From: Terriglobia bacterium
GTDB taxonomy: Bacteria; Acidobacteriota; Polarisedimenticolia; Polarisedimenticolales; CAVOVZ01
Direction: 5' to 3'
DNA: 64,000 nt
Assembly: GCA_963699985.1 (NCBI GenBank)
Contig: CAVOVZ010000009.1
Location: 41,100-105,099, forward strand
Shown: in pieces, positions 29,120 through 37,012 of the stretch
Position numbering within the stretch: position 1 is the first letter of the stretch
How the letters are laid out: each line of letters starts with the position of its first letter
The notes under the pieces: generated by a model
What the model saw: only the letters and a program-made list of their open reading frames with translations
Databases searched by the model: none
What the model was told of the DNA's origin: nothing
Position numbers and translations under genes: made by a program

Positions 29120-31197
29120 GCGCTTCGCGGATTCCACTTCCGTCGTGGGCGCACCTGGTGGTGCCGGCGGGACTCATCGTGATCCTGGCCGCGATGGTCG
29201 TCCCGGTTCCGCCCGTCGTCCTGGACCTGCTCATCTCGGTGGACATCGCGCTGTCGCTGGTGGTGCTGCTGTCCGCCGTGTACGTCCCGGCCCCGGTGGA
29301 CTTCTCCGCGTTCCCGTCGATGCTGCTCCTCCTCACCATCTACCGGCTGGCGCTCAACGTGGCGTCGACCCGGCTCATCCTCCTGCGTGGAGCGGAGGGA
29401 ACCGGGGCCGCGGGCCATGTCATCCAGGCGTTCGGTCAGTTCGTCGTGGGCGGCAACGTCGTGGTGGGGCTGGTGGTCTTCCTCGTCCTCCTGGCCATCC
29501 AGTTCGTGGTGATCAACCACGGGGCCACCCGCATCAGCGAGGTCACCGCCCGATTCACGCTGGACGCCATGCCGGGCAAGCAGATGGCGATCGACGCCGA
29601 TCTGAACGCCGGCCTGATCAGCGACGCGGAGGCGCGGGAGCGACGCAAGGCGGTGGCGCAGGAGGCGGAGTTCTACGGCTCGATGGACGGTGCCGTGCGC
29701 TTCACCCAGCGGGACGCGGTGGCCGCGCTGATCATCACCGGAATCAACATCGTCGGTGGGCTTCTCATCGGCGTCCTGCAGCAGGGGATGGCGCTCACCA
29801 ACGCGCTGTCGAACTACACGATCCTGACCGTGGGCGACGGGCTCGTGACGGCGGTGCCGGCGCTGCTGGTGTCGGTGGCCGCCGGCCTGATCACCTCACG
29901 CGCATCGACGGGCAATACCCTGGGCGAGGACGTGATCGCGCAGATCTTCGCCTCGCCCCGACCGCTGCGGCTCGCTGCCGGCGCGCTCACCACGCTCGCG
30001 CTGGTCCCGGGGCTCCCGAAGGTCGCCTTCCTCTCGCTGGGGACCGCTTGTTTCTTCGCATCCCGTGCGATCTCCGGCCGCACGGTTCCCGTCACCGCCG
30101 GCGACGAGGCACCGCCGCTTCCCACCGAAGAACCCGTCGAGCCCCTGCTGTCGGTGGACCCGCTGATGATCGAGGTGGGCTACGACCTGATCGGGTGCGT
30201 CGGTACGGACGGGAGCGGCGGCGTGCTGGACAAGATCCGGGGTATCCGCCGCCAGATCGCCATCGACCTGGGATTCGTCCTGCCCCCGGTCCGGATCCGG
30301 GACAATCTCCGCCTGGCGCCCGACCAGTACTCGATCCTGCTGCGCGGCGTGGAGATCGCCACGTTCCGGATCCGTCGGGGGTGCGTCCTCGCGATCTCGC
30401 CGGGCGGCACCGCGACTCCCTTCGAAGGCACGCCCACCATCGAGCCGGCGTTCGGCATCGAGGCGATCTGGGTGGCGGAATCCCGCGCAGAGGACGCACG
30501 CATGGCGGGCTGCACCGTGGTGGACGCCGCCAGCGTGGTCTCGACGCATCTCATCGAGATCATCCGCCGCCACTCCCACGAGCTGCTCGCCCGCGAGGAC
30601 GTCCAGAAGCTCCTGGATCTGCTCGCGAAGACCGCTCCCAAGACCGTGGAGGAGCTGGTCCCCGAGCGGCTCACGCTGGGGCAGGTGCAGGGGGTGCTGC
30701 GCGCGCTCCTGCGCGAGCGAGTGCCGATCCGCGACCTCGGGCGCATCGTCGAGGTGCTGGCCGACGCAGCCCTGGTCAGCCGCGAGCCCACCTACCTGGT
30801 GGAACGGGTCCGGCAGGCCATCGGCCGCACGATCTGCGCGCCCCTTCTGACCTCGGGCGGAGAGCTCGAGGCGGTGATGCTCGATCCGCGGCTCGAGCAG
30901 GGTCTCGAATCCCTGCTGCGCGGAGGGGCGCCCGAGGCGGGAGAAGGGCGCTCGTCCGCCGTCTCGCCGGCCCCGGCTTCGATCTCCGATGCTCACGGGA
31001 TCGTGGCCAAGATCGCGCGGGTGCTCCACGACGCGGGAGGCGCCCGGGCGCAGGCGGCGGTTCTCTGCGCCGCGAGCGTGCGTCCGTACCTCGCCGGGCT
31101 GGCGACGGTGGCTCTCCCGCACGTCACCGTTCTGTCTCCCCAGGAAGTCCCCACCGGAACTCGCGTCCGGGCGATCGGGGTGGTGAGCGGACCATGA
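29116..31197 (+). CDS. flhA: Flagellar export gate protein FlhA
   Basis: ATG at 29116 overlaps the flhB stop. FVVINHGATRISEVTARFTLDAMPGKQMAIDADL motif and a C-terminal cytoplasmic domain. Only the last 693 aa of the 1249-aa track ORF are real. Confidence 0.9.
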   Translation: MSASRIPLPSWAHLVVPAGLIVILAAMVVPVPPVVLDLLISVDIALSLVVLLSAVYVPAPVDFSAFPSMLLLLTIYRLALNVASTRLILLRGAEGTGAAGHVIQAFGQFVVGGNVVVGLVVFLVLLAIQFVVINHGATRISEVTARFTLDAMPGKQMAIDADLNAGLISDAEARERRKAVAQEAEFYGSMDGAVRFTQRDAVAALIITGINIVGGLLIGVLQQGMALTNALSNYTILTVGDGLVTAVPALLVSVAAGLITSRASTGNTLGEDVIAQIFASPRPLRLAAGALTTLALVPGLPKVAFLSLGTACFFASRAISGRTVPVTAGDEAPPLPTEEPVEPLLSVDPLMIEVGYDLIGCVGTDGSGGVLDKIRGIRRQIAIDLGFVLPPVRIRDNLRLAPDQYSILLRGVEIATFRIRRGCVLAISPGGTATPFEGTPTIEPAFGIEAIWVAESRAEDARMAGCTVVDAASVVSTHLIEIIRRHSHELLAREDVQKLLDLLAKTAPKTVEELVPERLTLGQVQGVLRALLRERVPIRDLGRIVEVLADAALVSREPTYLVERVRQAIGRTICAPLLTSGGELEAVMLDPRLEQGLESLLRGGAPEAGEGRSSAVSPAPASISDAHGIVAKIARVLHDAGGARAQAAVLCAASVRPYLAGLATVALPHVTVLSPQEVPTGTRVRAIGVVSGP

Positions 31198-31275
31198 CCA
31201 TAGAGCCGCGATGCACGCCGCACGGGCTGCTCCGTCCGGAGCAGCGCGAGCTTCCGGTGAAGGGGGGCCGCTGAG

Positions 31276-32541
31276 ATGTACGTCAAGCGGTTCTCCGGCT
31301 CGACGGTCTCCGAGGCGCTCGCGGCCGCGCGGCGGGAGCTCGGAGAGGAGACGCTTCTGCTCGGGATCCGTCGGACGGCTGGATCGATGATCGCATCCGC
31401 CGAGGTCACCGTGGCCGTGGAGCGGCCTCGATCGGTCGCGGGCCCTCTCCCGGCGCCTGCATCCGAGCCGGCCCGTGAAACCCCCGTCGCACCGCCGTCG
31501 ACCCGGACCGCGGGTTGGGGCGTGGCCGCCGACGCGGTGCGGGTCGAAGAGGCCGGGCGGCAGCGTCCGTCCGAGCGACTCCTCGCGGAGCTCGGTGGCA
31601 CCGACCGCGAGTCGCTGCGACTTCACGACGAGCGGCTGCACGAGCTGCAGGCGCGTTTCGAGCTGCTCTCGCGGCGGATCCGGAAGCTCTCCGAGGAGAC
31701 GAAGACCGACGAGCCCGCCCATCCCGGAGCGACTCACCTGGAAATGCCCGCCGCGGAAGAGATCGTGACGGCGCTGGCCGCCACCGGGCTCGACCACGCT
31801 CTCGCCCTGCGGGCCACGGAGACGGCGCTGGCCGAGTCTCGCGCTCTGGGTGTCTCGTCGCTCTCGGAGCTGTCCGCCCACCTGGCGCAGAGCCTCGCCG
31901 CGTTTCTCGCCGTCCCGAGGGTACCCTCGCAAGGACGCCCGCAGGTCCTGATCCTGGTCGGTCCCGCCGGAGCGGGGAAGACCACGACGGCGGCGAAGAT
32001 CGCGGCGGTCCGAAGCGTGGTGTGGCGCAAGAGAACGGTGCTGGTCGCGGCGGACGATTACCGCATCGGTGCCGTGGATCAGCTGCGCGAGTACGCCGAG
32101 CTGATCCAGGTGGGGTTCGAGCGCGGGCCCGACGCCTCCGCGCTCTCCGACGTCCGCGCGCGCCACCGGGATGCGGATCTGCTCGTCGTGGACACTCCAG
32201 GGCTGTCGACGGCGGATACACGGAGGCTGTGGGATCTCGCGCGACTGATCGAGGGGGTCCCGGGCGCCGAGGCTCTGCTCGTGGTTCCCGCCACGATGCG
32301 CCGCGTGGACCTGGCGCGAACGATCGCCCGATTTCGCGCCATCGCCCCGCCGCAGCTGGTCTTCACGAAGATCGACGAGACGCATTCGTACGGGGAGCTC
32401 CTCGCCGAGGCCGTCGGCAGCGGGTGCCCCGTGGTCTGGCTCGCGAACGGCCAGACGATACCCGACGACCTCGAGGAGGCCACGCCGCACCGTTTCGCGG
32501 AGATGGTGGTGCGCGCCGCATGGGCCCGGAAGGAGACGTGA
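31276..32541 (+). CDS. flhF: Flagellar SRP-type GTPase FlhF
   Basis: MYVKRFSGSTVSEALAAARRELG N-terminus. G1 box LVGPAGAGKTTTAAKIA, and DTPG. Confidence 0.85.
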   Translation: MYVKRFSGSTVSEALAAARRELGEETLLLGIRRTAGSMIASAEVTVAVERPRSVAGPLPAPASEPARETPVAPPSTRTAGWGVAADAVRVEEAGRQRPSERLLAELGGTDRESLRLHDERLHELQARFELLSRRIRKLSEETKTDEPAHPGATHLEMPAAEEIVTALAATGLDHALALRATETALAESRALGVSSLSELSAHLAQSLAAFLAVPRVPSQGRPQVLILVGPAGAGKTTTAAKIAAVRSVVWRKRTVLVAADDYRIGAVDQLREYAELIQVGFERGPDASALSDVRARHRDADLLVVDTPGLSTADTRRLWDLARLIEGVPGAEALLVVPATMRRVDLARTIARFRAIAPPQLVFTKIDETHSYGELLAEAVGSGCPVVWLANGQTIPDDLEEATPHRFAEMVVRAAWARKET

Positions 32542-33392
32542 TGCCCGCGTCCGACCCTGTCGTGCACCTGCCGTCGTCCCCGCCGCCTGTGATCGCCGTC
32601 GCGAGCGGCAAGGGAGGGGTGGGCAAGAGCACCGTCGTGGCGAACCTCGCGGTCGCCATGGGCCGCATGGGCCGCAAGGTCTTGGTGCTCGACGCCGACT
32701 TCAGCCTGGCCAACCTGGACGTGCTGCTGGGGCTGGCGCCGCGGTACACGATCCAGCACTTCTTCACCGGCGAATGCGCGCTCAGCGATCTGGTCGTCGA
32801 GGGACCGGCGGGGATCCACGTGATCCCGGCCGCCTCCGGAGTGGCCGACCTGACCCGGATCGACCCGGTGCGGCGACGGGCGCTCGCCGAGAGCCTGCAG
32901 GCCGTGGCGATGGGACACCACTGCGTCCTCGTGGATGCGCCGGCCGGGATCGGCGACAGCGTGGTCCACCTGGCCCGTGGCGCCGACCGAACGCTCATCG
33001 TGGTCTCGCCCGAGCCCACCTCCCTCGTGGACGCCTATGCGGCCATCAAGGTCCTGTCGTCGGGGACGGACCTCGCCCGGATCGGTCTCATCGTGAACGG
33101 GGCGCGGGATTCGGAGGAGAGCCACGCGGTTCACGGCCAGATCGACCGTGTGTGCCGGCGATTCCTGGGATACGGCGTGGCGTTCGACGGTGAGGTGCTC
33201 CACGACGAGCACGTCCCGGCGGCGGTTCGCGAGCAGAGAGCAGTCGTCGATCTGCATCCGCACGCCCCGGCGTCGCGGTGCTTCCAGCGCCTCGCCGTGC
33301 GACTCGGCCGGGCGCGGGTCACACGCCCGGACGCGAGCGCGGTCCTCTGGGGAAGCCTGGCGGAGGCTCCCGGGGAGTCGCCTGTCCACTGA
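32541..33392 (+). CDS. flhG: MinD/ParA-type ATPase FlhG (FleN/YlxH)
   Basis: Deviant Walker A VASGKGGVGKSTVVANLA. Position between flhF and fliA. 1-nt overlap with the flhF stop. Confidence 0.85.
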   Translation: MPASDPVVHLPSSPPPVIAVASGKGGVGKSTVVANLAVAMGRMGRKVLVLDADFSLANLDVLLGLAPRYTIQHFFTGECALSDLVVEGPAGIHVIPAASGVADLTRIDPVRRRALAESLQAVAMGHHCVLVDAPAGIGDSVVHLARGADRTLIVVSPEPTSLVDAYAAIKVLSSGTDLARIGLIVNGARDSEESHAVHGQIDRVCRRFLGYGVAFDGEVLHDEHVPAAVREQRAVVDLHPHAPASRCFQRLAVRLGRARVTRPDASAVLWGSLAEAPGESPVH

Positions 33393-33407
33393 TCGGAAGG
33401 AGGACGC

Positions 33408-34202
33408 ATGGATCCGGGGACGATGGAAGCCGAGCCGACGCGATCCGAGGAATGGGACGAGAAGGCGCGCATCCGCGGGAGCGCCGAGCACGAGCGATTC
33501 GTCCTCGCGAACGCCCCCATGGTCCGCTACCTGGCGCAACGCATCCTCTCTCGCTTGCCCGCTTCGGTGGAGCTTTCGGACCTGGTCAACGACGGGGTCG
33601 TGGGACTGATGGAGGCGATCGAGAGGTTCGACCCGTCGCGAGGGGTCCGCTTCCGATCGTTCGCCGAATCCCGCGTCCGCGGCGCGATTCTCGACGCGTT
33701 GCGCGCACGGGACGCGGCGCCGCGCTCCCTGCGCCGGAAGCTCCGAGCGATGGACTCGGCAGCCTCCCGTGTCGAGCACCGGCTGGGCCGGGCCGCCGGA
33801 GAGGAGGAGATCGCCCAGGAGATGGGAGTGACCGCCGACGTCGTCGCGGGACTGCGGCGCGACCGCGACGCGGCGCGGCCGCTGGACGACGATGCGCGTT
33901 CCACCGAGTCGCTCTCCGATGCCGGGATCTGCTCGAAGGCGCGAGATCCGTTCGAGGAGGTGGCGGAAGCCGAGCTGCACCAGAGGGTCAGCGATCTCAT
34001 CCTCGAGTTTCCTCCTCGCGAACGGATGGTGCTGAGCCTCTACTACGAGCAGGGTCTCACCTTGAAGGAGATCGGCCGCGTCTTGTCGGTGACGGAGTCC
34101 CGTGTGTGCCAGATCCACACGCAATGCCTGCGGGATCTCCACCTCGAGCTGCAAGGGGCCGTGTCCGCCGGAACGGGCCCCCGAACAGGGCGGCGGGCAT
34201 GA
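33408..34202 (+). CDS. fliA: Flagellar sigma factor FliA (sigma-28 family)
   Basis: Region 2 (DLVNDGVVGLMEAIERFDPSRGVRFRSFAESRVRGAI) and region 4 (LSLYYEQGLTLKEIGRVLSVTESRVCQIH). Confidence 0.9.
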   Translation: MDPGTMEAEPTRSEEWDEKARIRGSAEHERFVLANAPMVRYLAQRILSRLPASVELSDLVNDGVVGLMEAIERFDPSRGVRFRSFAESRVRGAILDALRARDAAPRSLRRKLRAMDSAASRVEHRLGRAAGEEEIAQEMGVTADVVAGLRRDRDAARPLDDDARSTESLSDAGICSKARDPFEEVAEAELHQRVSDLILEFPPRERMVLSLYYEQGLTLKEIGRVLSVTESRVCQIHTQCLRDLHLELQGAVSAGTGPRTGRRA

Positions 34203-35149
34203 CCGAGATCCTCAGCGCGGACGAGATGGAGGCGTTGCTGGCGGAGAGGCGTGAGCATCCCGGCGGTGCGACATCCGGCGCGCGCGCCCACGTTCCGTTC
34301 TCGTTCGACGGGGCGCCTCCGTTCCCCGGACACGCCATCGAGCGACTCGCGGAGCTCGGGACCCGGCTCGCGGAGGAGTGCGGCCGGCGACTGGAAGCGG
34401 AGCTGCGCAAGGAGTCGCGAGTGGTCGCGGGGAGGATCGAGTCGACGGGCAGCGGGGACGCCGCGCGCCGGTTCGCCGAGGGGCTCAGGCTGTCGCTGGC
34501 GGAGCCGGGCGGGCGCCGCATCGCGGACGTGGTGCTCGAGAACGAGACCGTCCTCGCGCTGGTCGAGGCGAGGCTGGGCGGATCGGACGCGGGGGCCCAG
34601 CCGCGCCGCCTGCCCACGCCGGTCGAGATCTCGCTCGTGATGCGACTCGTCAAGATCTGCTTCGGGCCTGCGGTGGCGTCGGCCTTCGGCTCCGGTCAGG
34701 TCCCGGCAGCCTCGCCCCTCGAGTGCCGGGCGACGGGAACCGACACGGAGGGCGGTGCCGGCTTCGCGTGGCTCCAGCTCCAGCTCACCGTGGGGGGACG
34801 CGGAGGTGCCGCGGGCATCCTTCTGCCCGCCGCGCGCGCGGCGGAACTGGCTGCTCCGGCGCCGGCGACAGCGAGGTCGAAGGGGCAGGCGATCCCTCTC
34901 CAGAAGCTCCTCGCGGCCTCAGTGCGTGTGGTCCCGCGGGTCCCGGGAGGGGTGATCACGCTGGGCGACTTGATGGCGCTGCAGCCGGGGCACGTGGTGC
35001 GGCTCGATCATCCCGAGACCGAGCCCATCGAGATCGTTTGCAACGGCACGCCGGTCGTGCACGGACGCTTGATCCGCGCGGGGGCGATTCCGGCGGTGGA
35101 GGTCGTCGGCTGGATCGCGGACAAGGAGTCCAAGGAGGAATTGCGATGA
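34199..35149 (+). CDS. fliM: Flagellar motor switch protein FliM-like
   Basis: N-terminal CheY-binding-type motif EILSADEMEALL, a CheC-like middle, and a C-terminal SpoA segment (ITLGDLMALQPGHVVRLDHP...IVCNGTPVVHGRL). ATGA overlap with fliA. Confidence 0.75.
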   Translation: MTEILSADEMEALLAERREHPGGATSGARAHVPFSFDGAPPFPGHAIERLAELGTRLAEECGRRLEAELRKESRVVAGRIESTGSGDAARRFAEGLRLSLAEPGGRRIADVVLENETVLALVEARLGGSDAGAQPRRLPTPVEISLVMRLVKICFGPAVASAFGSGQVPAASPLECRATGTDTEGGAGFAWLQLQLTVGGRGGAAGILLPAARAAELAAPAPATARSKGQAIPLQKLLAASVRVVPRVPGGVITLGDLMALQPGHVVRLDHPETEPIEIVCNGTPVVHGRLIRAGAIPAVEVVGWIADKESKEELR

Positions 35150-35902
35150 GCGTGGCATCCACCGAGGCGGCGAGCCTCGTGCTCCAGGCCGTCTCGTCCC
35201 GGGGAGCGGCGGTTCTTGCCGAGCGCCTCTCGGCGGCATGCGGGGTCCGCGTGGAAGTCCGTCTCGGGGCGGCGGCAGGGGAGGCCTCCGGACCGGGTCT
35301 CCTCGTGCGCGGGTTCCTTCCCGCCAGCCGGACGCGATTCAACGGGTTCCTCGGCGATTCAGCGGCGCTCGCTCTGGCCGGTGCGGTGATCGGTCGGTCG
35401 GTGGGGACGATGGAAGAGGCCGGGCCGGCTCTCGACGTCATCGCTTCCGAGATCGCGGAGGCGGTGGGCGCGTGCGTGGGAAGCGCGTCGCGGATCCGTC
35501 GCACGGCTGGACGGCGCGGGGGCCGCGGCCGCGCCGCCCGAGTCCACCCCCGATCGCGTACGGTTCAGCGTGCGAATCGACGGCGTCACGGCACTGTTGA
35601 CCCTCGACCTCGTCCCCGAGAGCGTACCAGCGGACGGTCGCCCGTCCGATGTGCTTCTCGATCTCGAGCTTCCGTTCGCGATCACTCTGGGCTCGGTGGA
35701 GATGGAGCTGGGCCAGGTGCAGCAGCTCGAGACGGGGTCGATCCTGCCTCTCGGCCGGAGTGCCGACGGTCCGGTGAACCTCGTGGTGGGAGGTCGGGTC
35801 GTGGCCAGAGGCGAGCTGGTGGTGGTGGACGGTTGCTTCGGGCTGCGCGTGCAGTCGGTGGAGACGGCCGAGCGCAGGCTCACCAGCCTGGGGCGGCTGT
35901 GA
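35146..35902 (+). pseudogene. FliY/FliN-like switch protein (CheC-like N-terminus plus SpoA C-terminus), split over two frames as assembled
   Basis: The frame-1 start ATG at 35146 overlaps the fliM stop and encodes a CheC-like segment. The SpoA domain (LELPFAITLGSVEMELGQVQQLETGSILPL...VARGELVVVDGCFGLRV) is in frame 2, ending at 35902. The span is 757 nt (3x252+1). Confidence 0.65.
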
Positions 35903-35919
35903 CGGACAGGAGGGTCGCC

Positions 35920-36438
35920 GTGAATCGCTTCGCTCTCGTTCAGGTGGCGTTCAATCTCGTGCTTCTCGCGAACGTGCTCTATCTCCACAGGCGGCTTTGG
36001 GGCGTGACCTCCCGGGAGACGATCGATTCGACGACGGCGACCGGCGCGGAGACGGCGCCGCGGCGAGGCGATCCCGAGCGAGCTCGCGTGCGGCGCCGCG
36101 ACCGGCGCCCGCGCGGGGTCCTTCTCACGCTCGGCCTTGGCGCCGGCTCGGCGGCCTCGACGCGTGACCACGATGCGCCGGCGGCTCGCGATGCGCCGCT
36201 ACCGGCGCGGGAGGGGATCGAGGGAGGCCTGTCGGATCTCGTGGCCGCCGCGGAGAGGGAAGAGGCAGCGGCCATCCGCCCTGTCGCGTCGCGAGCGGCC
36301 GAAGAGAGGTCGCGCCAACGCGCCGCGGAGGAGCTTCGCGCGAACATCCGCAGGCTTCACGCCCGGCTCGGGGCCGCGGAGGACCCGGGCCCCGCAGGCG
36401 CGCGCACCCATGCGAGCCGGACGGAGACTCTCGCGTGA
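35920..36438 (+). CDS. Hypothetical membrane-anchored protein (one TM helix, Arg/Ala/Glu-rich tail)
   Basis: GTG at 35920 follows AGGAGG. N-terminal helix FALVQVAFNLVLLANVLYL. The tail is low-complexity, so coding status is uncertain. Confidence 0.4.
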   Translation: MNRFALVQVAFNLVLLANVLYLHRRLWGVTSRETIDSTTATGAETAPRRGDPERARVRRRDRRPRGVLLTLGLGAGSAASTRDHDAPAARDAPLPAREGIEGGLSDLVAAAEREEAAAIRPVASRAAEERSRQRAAEELRANIRRLHARLGAAEDPGPAGARTHASRTETLA

Positions 36439-36453
36439 TCGAGTCGCTCTCGA

Positions 36454-37012
36454 GAGACAGATGCTCGGGGGCTTTGTCCCCGAACCCCCGCTCCCGCCCT
36501 CCGCGACGCCGGCGGACCGGCATCGCTCCGGCTGGGCTTGTTTCTTCCCGAGGTGTCGGGGGAATGCCCGTTGGGCGGCTCTTAAGAAACAGATGCTCGG
36601 GGGCTCTGCCCCCGAACCCCCGCTCCCGCCCTCCGCGACGCCGGCGGACCGGCATCGCTCCGGTTGGGCTTGTTTCTTCCCGAGGTGTCGGGGGAATGCC
36701 CGTTGGGCTGGTCCTAAGAAACAGATGCTCAGGGGCTTTGTCCCCGAACCCCCGCTCCCGCCCTCCGCGACGCCGGCGGACCGGCATCGCTCCGGTTGGG
36801 CTTGTTTCTTCCGCAGGTGTCGGGGCGACCGCCCCGTTGGGCCGCTCTTAAGAAACAGATGCTCGGGGGCTCTGCCCCCGAACCCCCGCTCCCGCCCTCC
36901 GCGACGCCGGCAGACCGGCATCGCTCCGGTTGGGCTTGTTTCTTCCCGAGGTGTCGGGGGAATGCCCGTTGGGCTGCTCTTGAGAAACAGATGCTCGGGG
37001 GCTCTGCCCCCG
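36454..37012 (+). repeat. Tandem array B (left part) of the 132-bp repeat family, 4.2 units
   Basis: The AGATGCTC marker recurs at 36459, 36591, 36723, 36857 and 36989 (periods 132, 132, 134, 132). The fifth unit is cut by the IS after 24 nt. Confidence 0.95.
37004..37012. repeat. Left copy of the 9-bp target-site duplication CTGCCCCCG
   Basis: Identical 9-mers directly abut both IS termini (37004-37012 and 39392-39400). Confidence 0.9.

Noticed and set aside
27448-31197. 1249-aa ORF suggesting a giant protein
   Set aside because: Only the last 693 aa (from the ATG at 29116) are FlhA. The upstream part is out-of-frame read-through of fliR and flhB and gives Arg/Pro/Gly-rich sequence.
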